Below, in pieces: positions 63,401 through 64,000 of a stretch of 64,000 bases of DNA (positions are counted from its first letter, which is position 1; the number at the start of each line of letters is the position of its first letter). The notes beneath the pieces were generated by a model. That model was not told the DNA's origin. It saw only the letters and a program-made list of their open reading frames with translations, and ran no database searches. Origin of the DNA: Macrostomum lignano (taxonomy: Eukaryota); NCBI GenBank assembly GCA_002269645.1, contig NIVC01000685.1, forward strand, positions 1 to 64,000, given 5' to 3'. The translations under genes were made by a program, and so were the position numbers.

Positions 63401-64000
63401 CTGACGATCAGACAACAAAGGCTGACGATCAGACAACAAAAACTGAAGGTCAGACAACAGAGGCTGACGATCAGACAACAAAAACTGAAGTCAGACAACA
63501 AAAACTGAAGGTCAGACAACAAAGGTGACGATCAGACAACAAAGGCTGACGACAGACAACAAAGGCTGACGATCAGACAACAAAAACTGAAGGTCAGACA
63601 ACAAAGGCTGACGATCAGACAACAAAAACTGAAGGTCAGACAACAAAGGCTGACGATCAGACAACAAAGGCTGACGATCAGACGACAAAGGCTGACGACC
63701 AGACAACAAAGGCTGACGACCAGACAACAAAGGCTGACGATCAGACAACAAAAACTGAAGGTCAGACAACAAAAACTGAAGGTCAGGCAACAAAAACTGA
63801 AGGTCAGACAACAAAGGCTGACGATCAGACAACAAAGGCTGACGACCAGACAACAAAGGCTGACGATCAGACAACAAAAACTGAAGGTCAGACAACAAGG
63901 CTGACGATCAGACAACAAAAACTGAAGGTCAGACAACAAAGGCTGACGATCAGACAACAAAGGCTGACGTCAGACAACAAAAACTGAAGGTCAGACAACA
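45491..64000 (+). CDS. Giant Thr/Lys/Asp/Glu-rich heptad-repeat protein (QTTKADD/QTTKTEG), mucin-like; frameshifted after about 49260; runs off the window
   Basis: ORF 45510..49268 is intact for over 1,200 aa and enters the array in the QTTK frame from unique sequence. GAT/GAC and ACA/ACG variants are synonymous in this frame. Satellite DNA without coding function is not excluded. Confidence 0.55.
45627..64000 (+). repeat. 21-bp tandem array, about 870 units or more, two main unit types (CAGACAACAAAGGCTGACGAT and CAGACAACAAAAACTGAAGGT)
   Basis: Direct inspection. Confidence 0.99.

Noticed and set aside
45592-63960. RQQKLKV, LSDRQPL and CCLIVSL ORFs in other frames and strands
   Set aside because: Alternative readings of a stop-poor 21-mer. 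Only the QTTK frame connects to the spliced unique N-terminus.
45627-64000. CTGACGA hammerhead core, TNAAGGTCA nuclear-receptor sites and LC8-like QT motifs in the 21-bp array
   Set aside because: No GAAA follows the core. The DNA motifs are incidental to the repeat unit, and the QT lacks the preceding Thr of the canonical motif.

Overview
Eukaryotic, very repeat-rich genomic DNA with spliceosomal GT-AG introns. The overall style suggests a free-living flatworm such as Macrostomum, but that is a guess. Three protein-coding loci can be reconstructed by hand. (1) A minus-strand plakin-domain gene: eight small phase-compatible exons (22703 to 15238) encode a desmoplakin/plectin-like spectrin-repeat + SH3 plakin domain, and are spliced to a giant exon (14211 to beyond base 1) made mostly of a Cys-containing 24-aa (72-bp) repeat with a 2,514-bp higher-order unit. 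(2) A plus-strand SAMD9-like gene (AlbA_2/Schlafen-like, SIR2-like, STAND NTPase, TPR, OB fold; no SAM domain) interrupted by one in-frame TAA. (3) A plus-strand gene with a hydrophobic N-terminus followed by more than 18 kb of 21-bp repeats encoding QTTKADD/QTTKTEG heptads. Between them lie a decayed RTE-type LINE, two tRNA-derived CORE-type SINE copies, a Crypton/DUF3504-like fragment, many micro- and minisatellites, and an internally deleted LOA-like non-LTR element whose 5' end folds into an HDV-like ribozyme. All family assignments come from motif recognition by eye, not from database searches.
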